Shown here: positions 1-8,630 of the stretch, piece after piece
Layout: the number at the start of each line of letters is the position of its first letter
How positions within the stretch are numbered: position 1 is the stretch's first letter
Origin: Blastocatellia bacterium
GTDB lineage: Bacteria > Acidobacteriota > Blastocatellia > Chloracidobacteriales > JADJPF01
Assembly (NCBI GenBank): GCA_039812885.1
Contig: JBDIBI010000023.1
Coordinates: forward strand, 19,395 to 83,394
Length of the DNA stretch: 64,000 nucleotides
Reading direction: 5' to 3'
Notes under the pieces: model-generated
The model's input: only the letters and a program-made list of their open reading frames with translations
What the model was told of the DNA's origin: nothing
The model's database searches: none
Translations under genes and position numbers: made by a program

Positions 1-163
1 GAACAAGACCTTCTTCAGTCATTACAGGATCGCTAACTGCCAATGGTGCTACTTGATTGGCATCAGCACGTTCTGGTAACTGAGTAGAAGAATTCATCAT
101 TGCACTGCTAGCTAATAAAGTGCTTGCTAGCAATAGTGCAAATAAAAACAAGTATTTTCTCAT
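1..163 (-). CDS. hypothetical secreted protein, N-terminal fragment (continues off the left edge)
   Basis: ATG at 163-161 is preceded by AAGGA. My translation, MRKYLFLFALLLASTLLASSAMMNSS..., looks like a signal peptide. The frame stays open to position 1. Confidence 0.4.
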   Translation of the reverse strand, partial: MRKYLFLFALLLASTLLASSAMMNSSTQLPERADANQVAPLAVSDPVMTEEGLV

Positions 164-233
164 AGATTATTCCTTTGTTTTCCTAGCAGGATTAAATTAA
201 TTTTATGAGTAGTTTTGTGACTACTCATTTTAT

Positions 234-836
234 TTATTTCATTTTGGCAACTAGACCAGTTTTAATATCAGCAGAAATTGGAGAAGCACCTAACCAAATT
301 GACCAAATACCTCTAGCCAATACAGGATCTTGGAAAGTAGCTTTGGTTTGTCCATTAGCTATAAACTCAATTTTTCCGCCTTGAGTCCAATGCAAAACAA
401 TCTCTTGATTAGTCTTCATATCTACTTGTGCAGCTAAGAAAGCATCAGCATTTTTCTTTGCAGGAGAATTTGCATAATTAGGAATGTTGCTTTGTAAACT
501 TTCACCAAAAGCTTCTCTAATTTTTCCTGCATCAACGTCACGAACAAAATGCATGGTAATTTGCTTTGCTGGGCCATCGGAAAGTAATTGTGTATAAGGA
601 TCTGCTGCTTTGTTGATCTTGCTAGCATCCATATAGGAAGCAATTGCATAAACTTTGAAAATAGCTTTCTTTCTGATACCTACGCCAGTGATGGTTGCTT
701 TTGCTCCACCTACACTAACTTCAGCAGGAAAACTAACACCGCTAGATGGTTCAGTAACTTGTGCGTAAGTTGGTGAAAAACAAAATAGTAATGCTAATAG
801 TGCGAAAAAAGAAAAAACGAAATTTCTTCTAGACAT
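234..836 (-). CDS. chalcone-isomerase-fold (CHI-like) secreted protein
   Basis: 200-aa ORF with an N-terminal signal peptide (FSPTYAQV). The segment GVGIRKKAIFKVYAIASYMD resembles the bacterial CHI-like family. Confidence 0.5.
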   Translation of the reverse strand: MSRRNFVFSFFALLALLFCFSPTYAQVTEPSSGVSFPAEVSVGGAKATITGVGIRKKAIFKVYAIASYMDASKINKAADPYTQLLSDGPAKQITMHFVRDVDAGKIREAFGESLQSNIPNYANSPAKKNADAFLAAQVDMKTNQEIVLHWTQGGKIEFIANGQTKATFQDPVLARGIWSIWLGASPISADIKTGLVAKMK

Positions 837-1183
837 CTTTAAACTTTTGCTCCTTAAATTGATTATTTTTGAGATTATATATTTGGATTAGAAGATTTTC
901 CCTCGATTAGCTCAATATAGCAAGTCTTTTTATATAATCTGCTTTCCATTGCTAGGCTATATATTTTAACTATGGATCACTACATTTTATTGATTTATTT
1001 ATGGGTTATAATACTTTTGGCTTTCTAAGATTAGTAGGAAAGTTTTTATTTTTTATTTTTTATTTCTGATTTTTACTAGTGTAATTTTGTAGGTAAAATT
1101 AGAATATTACTTTGGGAACATAAATATTTCTTTTAGAGTCTAATAATAAAAATCTATTTTTGTATAACTAAGGGTGAAACTAT

Positions 1184-4100
1184 ATGAGAAAAGCAGGCAA
1201 AAATACCTTTGCTATTTTTGTTCTAGTCTCGATTATTGCACTGTTTGCAGGTGTTTGGCTTTATTTTTATCCTCAACAAGTGAAAAAGACAATTACTAAA
1301 AATTTTATAGTCTCTACAACTAAAAAAGGTTTGCAGTTTCGCTTGAGTGAAGGTGAAATGGAAGTTCCAACAAATGTCCCTATCGCTAAAGCAACAAAAC
1401 TCTCAGATAGTGAAGCCGAAAAAGTGTTAAGTAGGCTAGAACCACTAAAAGCTGATGAAGAAGACAAACAAGATTTTGCCTTAAGAGAAAAATCTCTTCC
1501 ACCTCCTAAGACAGGAGAGGTAATAACAACAAAATTTCCTCCTGACCAAAATATCAAGGCTGAAGAAGTAGCAAAAGGCCCTTTACAGGTGTTGCGCTAT
1601 TCTCCTAAGGATGATGTACCAATAGCTCCTAATGTAAGCATTACATTTTCACAGCCAATGGTTGCATTAAGTTCTCAGGAAGAAGCAAGCAAAACTGTTC
1701 CTGCAAAAATTAGCCCTGAAGTAGCAGGACATTGGCGATGGTTAGGCACAAAAACATTAGTCTTTGAGCCTAAAGATAAACGCTTGCCAATGTCTACTGA
1801 ATACACTGTAGAAGTTCCAGCAGGGACTAAATCTGTTATAGGTCAAAGTTTAGCTTCTGCTGTAACTTGGAAGTTTAGAACTCCTACTTTGACTCTAAAA
1901 AAATATTTTCCAACGGAAAATTCTGTTAATACTAATCCATTGATTTATTTAGAGTTTGACCAAGCTATAGACAAAAATCTTTTATTAAATCATCTTTCCC
2001 TAGTAGGAGCTACTAATAAGGAATATAAACTTAGACTTGCTACAGAAAATGAAATTCAAGATGAAGCTGATAAAAATACAAATGTCAGAACTCTAATCAA
2101 TGCAGCTAAAGACAAATGCTGGTTAGCTGTAAAGGTTGACAACAAACTGTTAGGAGATGTTGTAGACCTTTTGCCCAAAGATACTAATTTTGTGGTAAGT
2201 GTTGTAAGAGGAACCCCATCAACTGAAGGCTCGCTTACAACAACTAACAAACAAGATTTTTACTTCAGAACCTATAGTCCACTGAAAATAATTTCACAAT
2301 CTTGTAAAGATTATGTATGTGATCCAACATCCAATATAGAAGTTAAGCTAAATAATAAAATTAATCCTGATTCTATAGATATTTCTAAAGTAGTAATAAA
2401 CCCTACATTGCCAGGAATGAAGTTAATAATTTCAGAAAATACAGTCTACATAGAAGGTAAACTAAGAGGAGAGGCAAATTATATTCTCAAGCTTGAAAAA
2501 GAGTTTGCCAAAGACGTTTTTGGTCAATATCTTGAGCATTCTGAGGTTTTGAATTTTCCAATATCAAAGGCAAAAAAACAGCTAAATTCTCTGGGTGCGG
2601 ATTTTTTAATCTTAGATCCTTTTGCCTCAGCTAAATTGCCTGTCTTTAGCACAAATCACAATGAGCTTAAAGTAAGCGTTTATGCTGTTTCACCTGAAGA
2701 CTGGAAAGATTTTGCTAAGATGCAGGAAAATTTTTCTGCATCTTATGACAAACCCGTTAATTATCAACGTCCTGTAGGAAAATTTCTATATTCAAAAGTG
2801 ATAACACCTGCAAATCAACCTGATGAGCAGGTGGAAACAGATATAGATCTAAGTGAAGCATTCCAAAATGGAAGAAGCCAAGCTTTTGTTTTTATTGAGC
2901 CTACAACTCAGCCCAAAAGTTATTGGGAACGACAATACATAAGAAAATGGGTTCAATATAGCCAAATAGGCTTGGATGCAGCCGTAGACAATGAAGAAAT
3001 GCTAGTTTGGGCTAATTCTATAAAAACAGGTAAACCGTTGGCTGGGGTAGAAGTTTCCTTAAGAAACTCAACTGCTGTTACTGGTGCAGATGGACTTGCT
3101 CATCTCAAGCTTGAAAATGCTAGTTCAAAGGACAAACCTAGTTTTTTAATAGCAAAAAGTAAGAACGATACAGCTATTTTACCTAAAATTAGTTATTATA
3201 ATACAGCTATTTTATCTAGGACTGAGTACTCTGATGAAACTTGGTCAACCATCACAACACCAGACACACTATCTTGGTATGTAATTGATGACAGAAAGAC
3301 TTACAAGCCAGGTGAAAAAGTAACAATAAAAGGATGGGTAAGAGTTAGCGAAAATAAAAAAGGTGGAGATATAAAACTTGCAGGTCAAATAAAAACAATC
3401 AATTACACACTTAACGATAGTCAAGGTAATAAAATATCCACAGGAACGTTACAAGTTAATCCACTAGGTGGTTTTAATGGAGAACTTGCTTTGCCTAGTA
3501 CTATGAATTTGGGTAATGCTTATTTAACATTGGAAGCTTTGCCAAAGGCATATGAAAATCAAACATACTCACATACTTTTCAGGTACAAGAATTTAGACG
3601 ACCTGAATTTGAAGTTTCAACAAAAGCTGATTCAAATGCTTATTTGATAGGTGAGTATGCAAATGTAACCGTATCAGCTAATTACTATGCTGGAGGAACC
3701 TTAAACAATGCTGATGTTAATTGGCAAGTTAGTTCTTCTCCAACTACTTACACTCCTCCAAATCGTAGTGAATACATTTTTGGCAAATGGACTCCTTGGT
3801 GGGGAAGTTTTGATTATGAAGGTTATAGTCGTAGAGGACGCTATAGTAGTTACACAACAAGCGAAGATAGTGAATATAATTCAGAGCGTTTTGCAGGAAA
3901 AACTAGCCCAACAGGAACACATAACCTAAGAATAGATTTTGATGCTGTTAATCCTATAACTCCAAGCAGCATTAATGTTCAAGCTTCAGTAAGTGATGTT
4001 AATAGACAAACTTGGACATCAACTTCTACTTTGCTAGTACATCCATCAAGTCTTTATGTAGGGCTAAAGAGTGAAAAAACTTTTGTTGGACAAAATGAAC

Positions 4101-7100
4101 CTTTCATTCTTAAATCAATAGTATGTGATATAGATGGAAAACTTATTCCTAACACTTCCATAAATTTTAAGTTAGTCAGACTTGACTATGAATATGACAG
4201 TCAAGGCAGATACAAGAGCAAAGAAGTTGATCCACAAACTCAAACAATAACATCAAAAGATGATGCAGTAGAAGTTAGGTTTGTTCCTAAAGAAGGAGGC
4301 TCTTACAAACTTACAGCAACAGTAGTTGACCAAAAAGGACGTAAAAATCAAACAGAGCTAACTCTTTGGGTTACTGGTGGTAAAGTCTTACCAAGCAGAG
4401 ATTTAACACAAGAAAAGATTCAATTAATTCCTGATAAGAAAGAATATGCTGTTGGTCAAACTGCTCAAATCTTGCTTCAAGCTCCTTTCTATCCAGCAGA
4501 AGGACTCTTAACCTTGCACCGCTTAGGCATTGTTAAAACTGAGCGATTTACTGTTGATTCAGCTACTTACATAATCAAAATTCCTATTGAAGAAAGATAT
4601 TTGCCTAATATTGAACTTCAAGTTGAATTGATAGGAGAATCAAGCAGGAAACAATCGTCTGATAACTCAAATGATCAATTATCAAAGCGACCAGCCTTTG
4701 CAGTAGGGCAGTTGAATTTATCAATTCCACCTGCTTCACGTAGTTTAACGGTAGAAGCAACACCTAGAGAAAAAGCCATTGAGCCAGCAGGAGAAACAAC
4801 TATAGACTTAAAACTTACAGATGCTTCAAAACGAGCCGTTGCAAATGCTGAAGTAGCTTTGTTTGTTGTAGATGAGGCTATTTTAGCTCTTTCTAATTAT
4901 CAAATGAGTAACCCGTTAGACGTTTTTTATGCTTCTCGACCATCTTCTGTAACAAATAGCCATTCGCGAAGTTATGTTTTTTTAGCTAATCCCAAAGATG
5001 TAGAAACACAAGGCGAGTTAGTAATAAATGCCAATACATCAGTTCCGACATCAGAGCCTCGTACAGAGAACACAGGTTCTATTGTGACAAAAGATTTAGG
5101 TGGAGTAGCAGATGGAGTAGTCGGTGGAATAGTCGGTGGAGTAGTTGGTGGAGTAGTTGGAAGTAGCTCTGCTTCTGAACCACCACCACCGCCGCCTATG
5201 AGCTATAAAGATAGGCCAGCTAATAAAGCTACTTTTTTAATAAGAAGATCTGAAGGTGTAACAAGGTCTCATTTTGCACGTGAACAACTTCAACCATCTA
5301 TAAAAGTTAGAGAAAACTTTAATGCTTTAGCAGTGTTTGAAGCAGCATTATCAACAGACAACAATGGACATGCAGAGGTAAAAGTAAAACTTCCAGATAG
5401 CTTAACCAAATACAGAATAATGGCAATAGCAGTGGCAGGTGAAAACCGCTTTGGTTCAGGAGAATCAAGCATTACAGCGCGTATGCCATTGATGGTTAGA
5501 CCATCAGCACCACGTTTTCTAAACTTTGGAGATAGATTTGAATTTCCAGTAGTAGTGCAAAATCAGACAGATAAACCAATGAGTGTAGATGTAGCAATGC
5601 GTGCTACAAATGCAACTTTGACAGAGGGGTTAGGTCGTCGAGTAGATGTTCCAGCAAATGAACGGGTAGAGGTTCGTTTTCCTGTTTCTGCTGAAATGGC
5701 AGGTAAAGCTAGATTCCAAGTAGGAGTAGTGTCAGGCAAATGGAGCGATGCAGCTCAAGTTAGTTTACCTGTTTGGACTCCAGCCACTACAGAAGCTTTT
5801 GCTACATATGGGACATTTGAAAGTAATGCCATAATTCAACCAGTTAAAGCTCCTGCTGATACATATAAACAGTTTGGAGGTTTAGAGGTATCTACTTCAT
5901 CAACACAACTTCAAGAGTTAACAGATGCAGTACTTTACATAGTGTCTTATCCTTATGAGTGTTCTGAGCAAATTTCTTCTAGAATCCTTGCAATTGCAGC
6001 ATTGAAAGATGTTTTGTCAGCATTTAAGGCAAAAGGTTTACCTAGTGAGGAAGAAATAAATGCAAGAGTTGCAAAAGACCTAGATAAGCTTAAAAACATG
6101 CAAGGCTATGACGGAGGGTTTGGTTTCTGGAGGCCAAATGATACAAATCCATTTGTGACAATTCACGTAGCACACGCACTACAACGAGCTAAACTAAAAG
6201 GCTATAACATTCCTCAAGATATGTTAGACCGTGTTCATGAATACTTAAGGAACATAGAATCACATATTAATGGCTACTCACCAGAAACCACAATGTCAGT
6301 TATTGCCTATTCACTTTACGTAAGAAATTTAATGGGTGATAAAGATGTTGCCAAAGCTAAGAGTATTCTCAATTCAGTTTCACTAGATAAAACACCAATG
6401 GAAACAATAGGTTGGTTATGGCCTGTGTTTACAGGGGATTCAAGCTCAACCAAGGAATTAGAAGCTATTAGAAAGTTTGTTAACAATAGAGCCACTGAAA
6501 CTGCTGCAACTGCTCATTTTGTAACAAATTATGCTGAATCAAACTACTTGTTATTAGCTTCTAATTTTAGAACAGATGCAATACTTCTAGATGCTTTAAT
6601 AGGGGATCAACCTAATAGCGATTTAATACCTAAGCTAGTTAGAGGGCTTCTAGATCATAGAACAGCAGGAAGATGGGAAAGCACTCAAGAAAATGCTTAT
6701 GTATTGCTAGCACTTGACCGATATTTTAGAACATATGAGAAAGTAACACCTAACTTTATAGCTAGAGTTTGGTTAGGCGATAATTATGCTGGAGAACATT
6801 CATTTGTTGGGCGAACTACTGAAAAGTACCAGGTAAATATCCCAATGAGTTATTTAACAAATAGTGAGCAAAACCTTGTAATAAGCAAAGATGGAGCAGG
6901 TAGAATTTATTATCGAGCAGCTATGAATTATGCACCAAAGAGTTTGGATTTACCTGCGGCAGATTATGGTTTTGTTGTTGAAAGGAAATATGAAGCAGTA
7001 GACAATCCTTCAGATGTAACAAAGACTTCAGATGGAACATGGCGAATCAAAGCAGGTGCTAGAGTTAGAGTTAAATTAAGTATGGTTGCACAATCAATGC

Positions 7101-7450
7101 GCTATCATGTTGCACTAGTAGATCCACTAGCAGCAGGACTAGAAGCATTAAATCCAGCACTTGCTAATACAGGTGCAGTGCCTCCAGAGAATAACCTTAG
7201 TCAGCAAAATAATGCTTCTAGATATTGGTGGTGGAGTGGATTTTGGTATCAACATGAAAACTTTAGAGATGAACGAATAGAAGCATTTACTACATTACTT
7301 TTGGATGGTGTTTACTCTTATAGCTATGTAGCAAGAGCTACTACAATAGGGAGCTTTGTTGTTGCTCCTACAAAGGCTGAAGAGATGTATCATCCTGAAA
7401 CTTTTGGTAGAAGCAAGACTGATAAGGTTGTTGTTTATGAGGCAAAATAG
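1184..7450 (+). CDS. alpha-2-macroglobulin family protein, thioester-containing, membrane-anchored (copy A)
   Basis: 2088-aa ORF with one N-terminal TM helix (FAIFVLVSIIALFAGVWLYF) and no lipobox Cys. The thioester motif YPYECSEQ has its Cys codon at 5960-5962. Size and layout fit bacterial A2M/ECAM-like proteins. GGGTGA lies upstream of the ATG. Confidence 0.85.
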   Translation: MRKAGKNTFAIFVLVSIIALFAGVWLYFYPQQVKKTITKNFIVSTTKKGLQFRLSEGEMEVPTNVPIAKATKLSDSEAEKVLSRLEPLKADEEDKQDFALREKSLPPPKTGEVITTKFPPDQNIKAEEVAKGPLQVLRYSPKDDVPIAPNVSITFSQPMVALSSQEEASKTVPAKISPEVAGHWRWLGTKTLVFEPKDKRLPMSTEYTVEVPAGTKSVIGQSLASAVTWKFRTPTLTLKKYFPTENSVNTNPLIYLEFDQAIDKNLLLNHLSLVGATNKEYKLRLATENEIQDEADKNTNVRTLINAAKDKCWLAVKVDNKLLGDVVDLLPKDTNFVVSVVRGTPSTEGSLTTTNKQDFYFRTYSPLKIISQSCKDYVCDPTSNIEVKLNNKINPDSIDISKVVINPTLPGMKLIISENTVYIEGKLRGEANYILKLEKEFAKDVFGQYLEHSEVLNFPISKAKKQLNSLGADFLILDPFASAKLPVFSTNHNELKVSVYAVSPEDWKDFAKMQENFSASYDKPVNYQRPVGKFLYSKVITPANQPDEQVETDIDLSEAFQNGRSQAFVFIEPTTQPKSYWERQYIRKWVQYSQIGLDAAVDNEEMLVWANSIKTGKPLAGVEVSLRNSTAVTGADGLAHLKLENASSKDKPSFLIAKSKNDTAILPKISYYNTAILSRTEYSDETWSTITTPDTLSWYVIDDRKTYKPGEKVTIKGWVRVSENKKGGDIKLAGQIKTINYTLNDSQGNKISTGTLQVNPLGGFNGELALPSTMNLGNAYLTLEALPKAYENQTYSHTFQVQEFRRPEFEVSTKADSNAYLIGEYANVTVSANYYAGGTLNNADVNWQVSSSPTTYTPPNRSEYIFGKWTPWWGSFDYEGYSRRGRYSSYTTSEDSEYNSERFAGKTSPTGTHNLRIDFDAVNPITPSSINVQASVSDVNRQTWTSTSTLLVHPSSLYVGLKSEKTFVGQNEPFILKSIVCDIDGKLIPNTSINFKLVRLDYEYDSQGRYKSKEVDPQTQTITSKDDAVEVRFVPKEGGSYKLTATVVDQKGRKNQTELTLWVTGGKVLPSRDLTQEKIQLIPDKKEYAVGQTAQILLQAPFYPAEGLLTLHRLGIVKTERFTVDSATYIIKIPIEERYLPNIELQVELIGESSRKQSSDNSNDQLSKRPAFAVGQLNLSIPPASRSLTVEATPREKAIEPAGETTIDLKLTDASKRAVANAEVALFVVDEAILALSNYQMSNPLDVFYASRPSSVTNSHSRSYVFLANPKDVETQGELVINANTSVPTSEPRTENTGSIVTKDLGGVADGVVGGIVGGVVGGVVGSSSASEPPPPPPMSYKDRPANKATFLIRRSEGVTRSHFAREQLQPSIKVRENFNALAVFEAALSTDNNGHAEVKVKLPDSLTKYRIMAIAVAGENRFGSGESSITARMPLMVRPSAPRFLNFGDRFEFPVVVQNQTDKPMSVDVAMRATNATLTEGLGRRVDVPANERVEVRFPVSAEMAGKARFQVGVVSGKWSDAAQVSLPVWTPATTEAFATYGTFESNAIIQPVKAPADTYKQFGGLEVSTSSTQLQELTDAVLYIVSYPYECSEQISSRILAIAALKDVLSAFKAKGLPSEEEINARVAKDLDKLKNMQGYDGGFGFWRPNDTNPFVTIHVAHALQRAKLKGYNIPQDMLDRVHEYLRNIESHINGYSPETTMSVIAYSLYVRNLMGDKDVAKAKSILNSVSLDKTPMETIGWLWPVFTGDSSSTKELEAIRKFVNNRATETAATAHFVTNYAESNYLLLASNFRTDAILLDALIGDQPNSDLIPKLVRGLLDHRTAGRWESTQENAYVLLALDRYFRTYEKVTPNFIARVWLGDNYAGEHSFVGRTTEKYQVNIPMSYLTNSEQNLVISKDGAGRIYYRAAMNYAPKSLDLPAADYGFVVERKYEAVDNPSDVTKTSDGTWRIKAGARVRVKLSMVAQSMRYHVALVDPLAAGLEALNPALANTGAVPPENNLSQQNNASRYWWWSGFWYQHENFRDERIEAFTTLLLDGVYSYSYVARATTIGSFVVAPTKAEEMYHPETFGRSKTDKVVVYEAK

Positions 7451-7667
7451 GCAAGTAAGTTTTATATACAAGGTTTTATTCAGTTAATAATTTTGAAAGC
7501 AACAAAATGTTATTTGGGAAAATATGGACTCTGTTACATGGCATGAGCTATTATTGCTTAATCAGTTTCCAGAATGTATTTAAGGTTTCAATTAAGCTGA
7601 AAGAAATCGCTCAACTCAGCTTTATTTTTAAGTTTTTGTAAGAAAAATATAGTATGTTAAGGAGTAT

Positions 7668-8393
7668 ATGATTGTGAAAGATACCAGAGTAATTTCTCAC
7701 TATTTTTATAGTCTGTTATTTACTATTGCAATGGTTCTATTTATAAGTTTACCAGCAAAAGCTGATGATCAAATTGTTACTGATCCAGTGCTTAATACTG
7801 CTCTAAATCAAATAGAGAAGCTATTTCCTACAATAATTCAGCAAGAGCCTAGCTTAACAATAGGTGCAGTACCAGAGATTGATTTAGCTGGGAGCAAAGG
7901 TTCATTGAGCTTTTCTTTTGAGCAAGATAATGGAAGCTTTGCAATTAATTTTGATAGCTTAAAATTTTCTCCTACTAATCCAATTAGTGCTAATAAATTT
8001 AACATTACCTTAACTGCTAAAAATATTACATTAGCTGGTTCTGCCACTATTATGGTTATGGCTAATGGTCAGCAATACACATTGCAATGCCAAGATAGTC
8101 AGTTTGTTATTGGCCCAATCTCTTTTACCGCAGAGGCTGAAATTACAAAAGAAGACATCAATGTAGATAATCCAAAACTAGATTTTGATCCTGCTAACTT
8201 AATGATTGATATGCCTTGTTTAATGCAATCTGTTGCTGGTCGTGATGGTAAAGCCATTCCAATGGATGTTCTTAAAAAGCTCCAAAGTGCAATAAAATCA
8301 TCTGCTAGTAAACGTAAATCATCTGTATCCAAAGCTACACGTATGAGTTTTATGTTATTAAGTTCAGCAATTACTTTTCGTGGTGCTAATTAA
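7668..8393 (+). CDS. hypothetical secreted/anchored protein between the two A2M genes
   Basis: 241-aa ORF with a strong AAGGAG RBS 5 nt upstream of the ATG. The N-terminal hydrophobic segment ends in PAKADD and the C-terminal tail is basic and Ser-rich. I recognise no domain. Confidence 0.6.
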   Translation: MIVKDTRVISHYFYSLLFTIAMVLFISLPAKADDQIVTDPVLNTALNQIEKLFPTIIQQEPSLTIGAVPEIDLAGSKGSLSFSFEQDNGSFAINFDSLKFSPTNPISANKFNITLTAKNITLAGSATIMVMANGQQYTLQCQDSQFVIGPISFTAEAEITKEDINVDNPKLDFDPANLMIDMPCLMQSVAGRDGKAIPMDVLKKLQSAIKSSASKRKSSVSKATRMSFMLLSSAITFRGAN

Positions 8394-8421
8394 CTAAATA
8401 ATTTCTAAAATTTTTTTCAGG

Positions 8422-8456
8422 ATGGCAGCCTTTTCAATTGGCTGCCATTATCTTTT
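8422..8456 (+). terminator. putative intrinsic terminator after the 241-aa gene
   Basis: Stem ATGGCAGCC (8422-8430) pairs with GGCTGCCAT (8440-8448) across a 9-nt loop, followed by TTATCTTTT. Confidence 0.5.
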
Positions 8457-8630
8457 AGCCACTTTTTAGATCTTAGATTGAAACATTTAATCTAGCGAAT
8501 TTTACAATAAACTCTTCTTTTTCTAAGGAACATTATTGGCAGTTGTGCGACTATAGGTTAAGCGCTAGAAAACTAGTGCATTTATCTAATTTTAAAAGAC
8601 TTCCAAAAGTTCTAAAAATAGGTGGAATTT

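Noticed and set aside
434-776. Two short ORFs (434-649 minus, 588-776 plus) overlapping the CHI-like gene.
   Set aside because: They are alternative-frame or antisense ORFs within the 200-aa gene, which has a signal peptide and a family motif.
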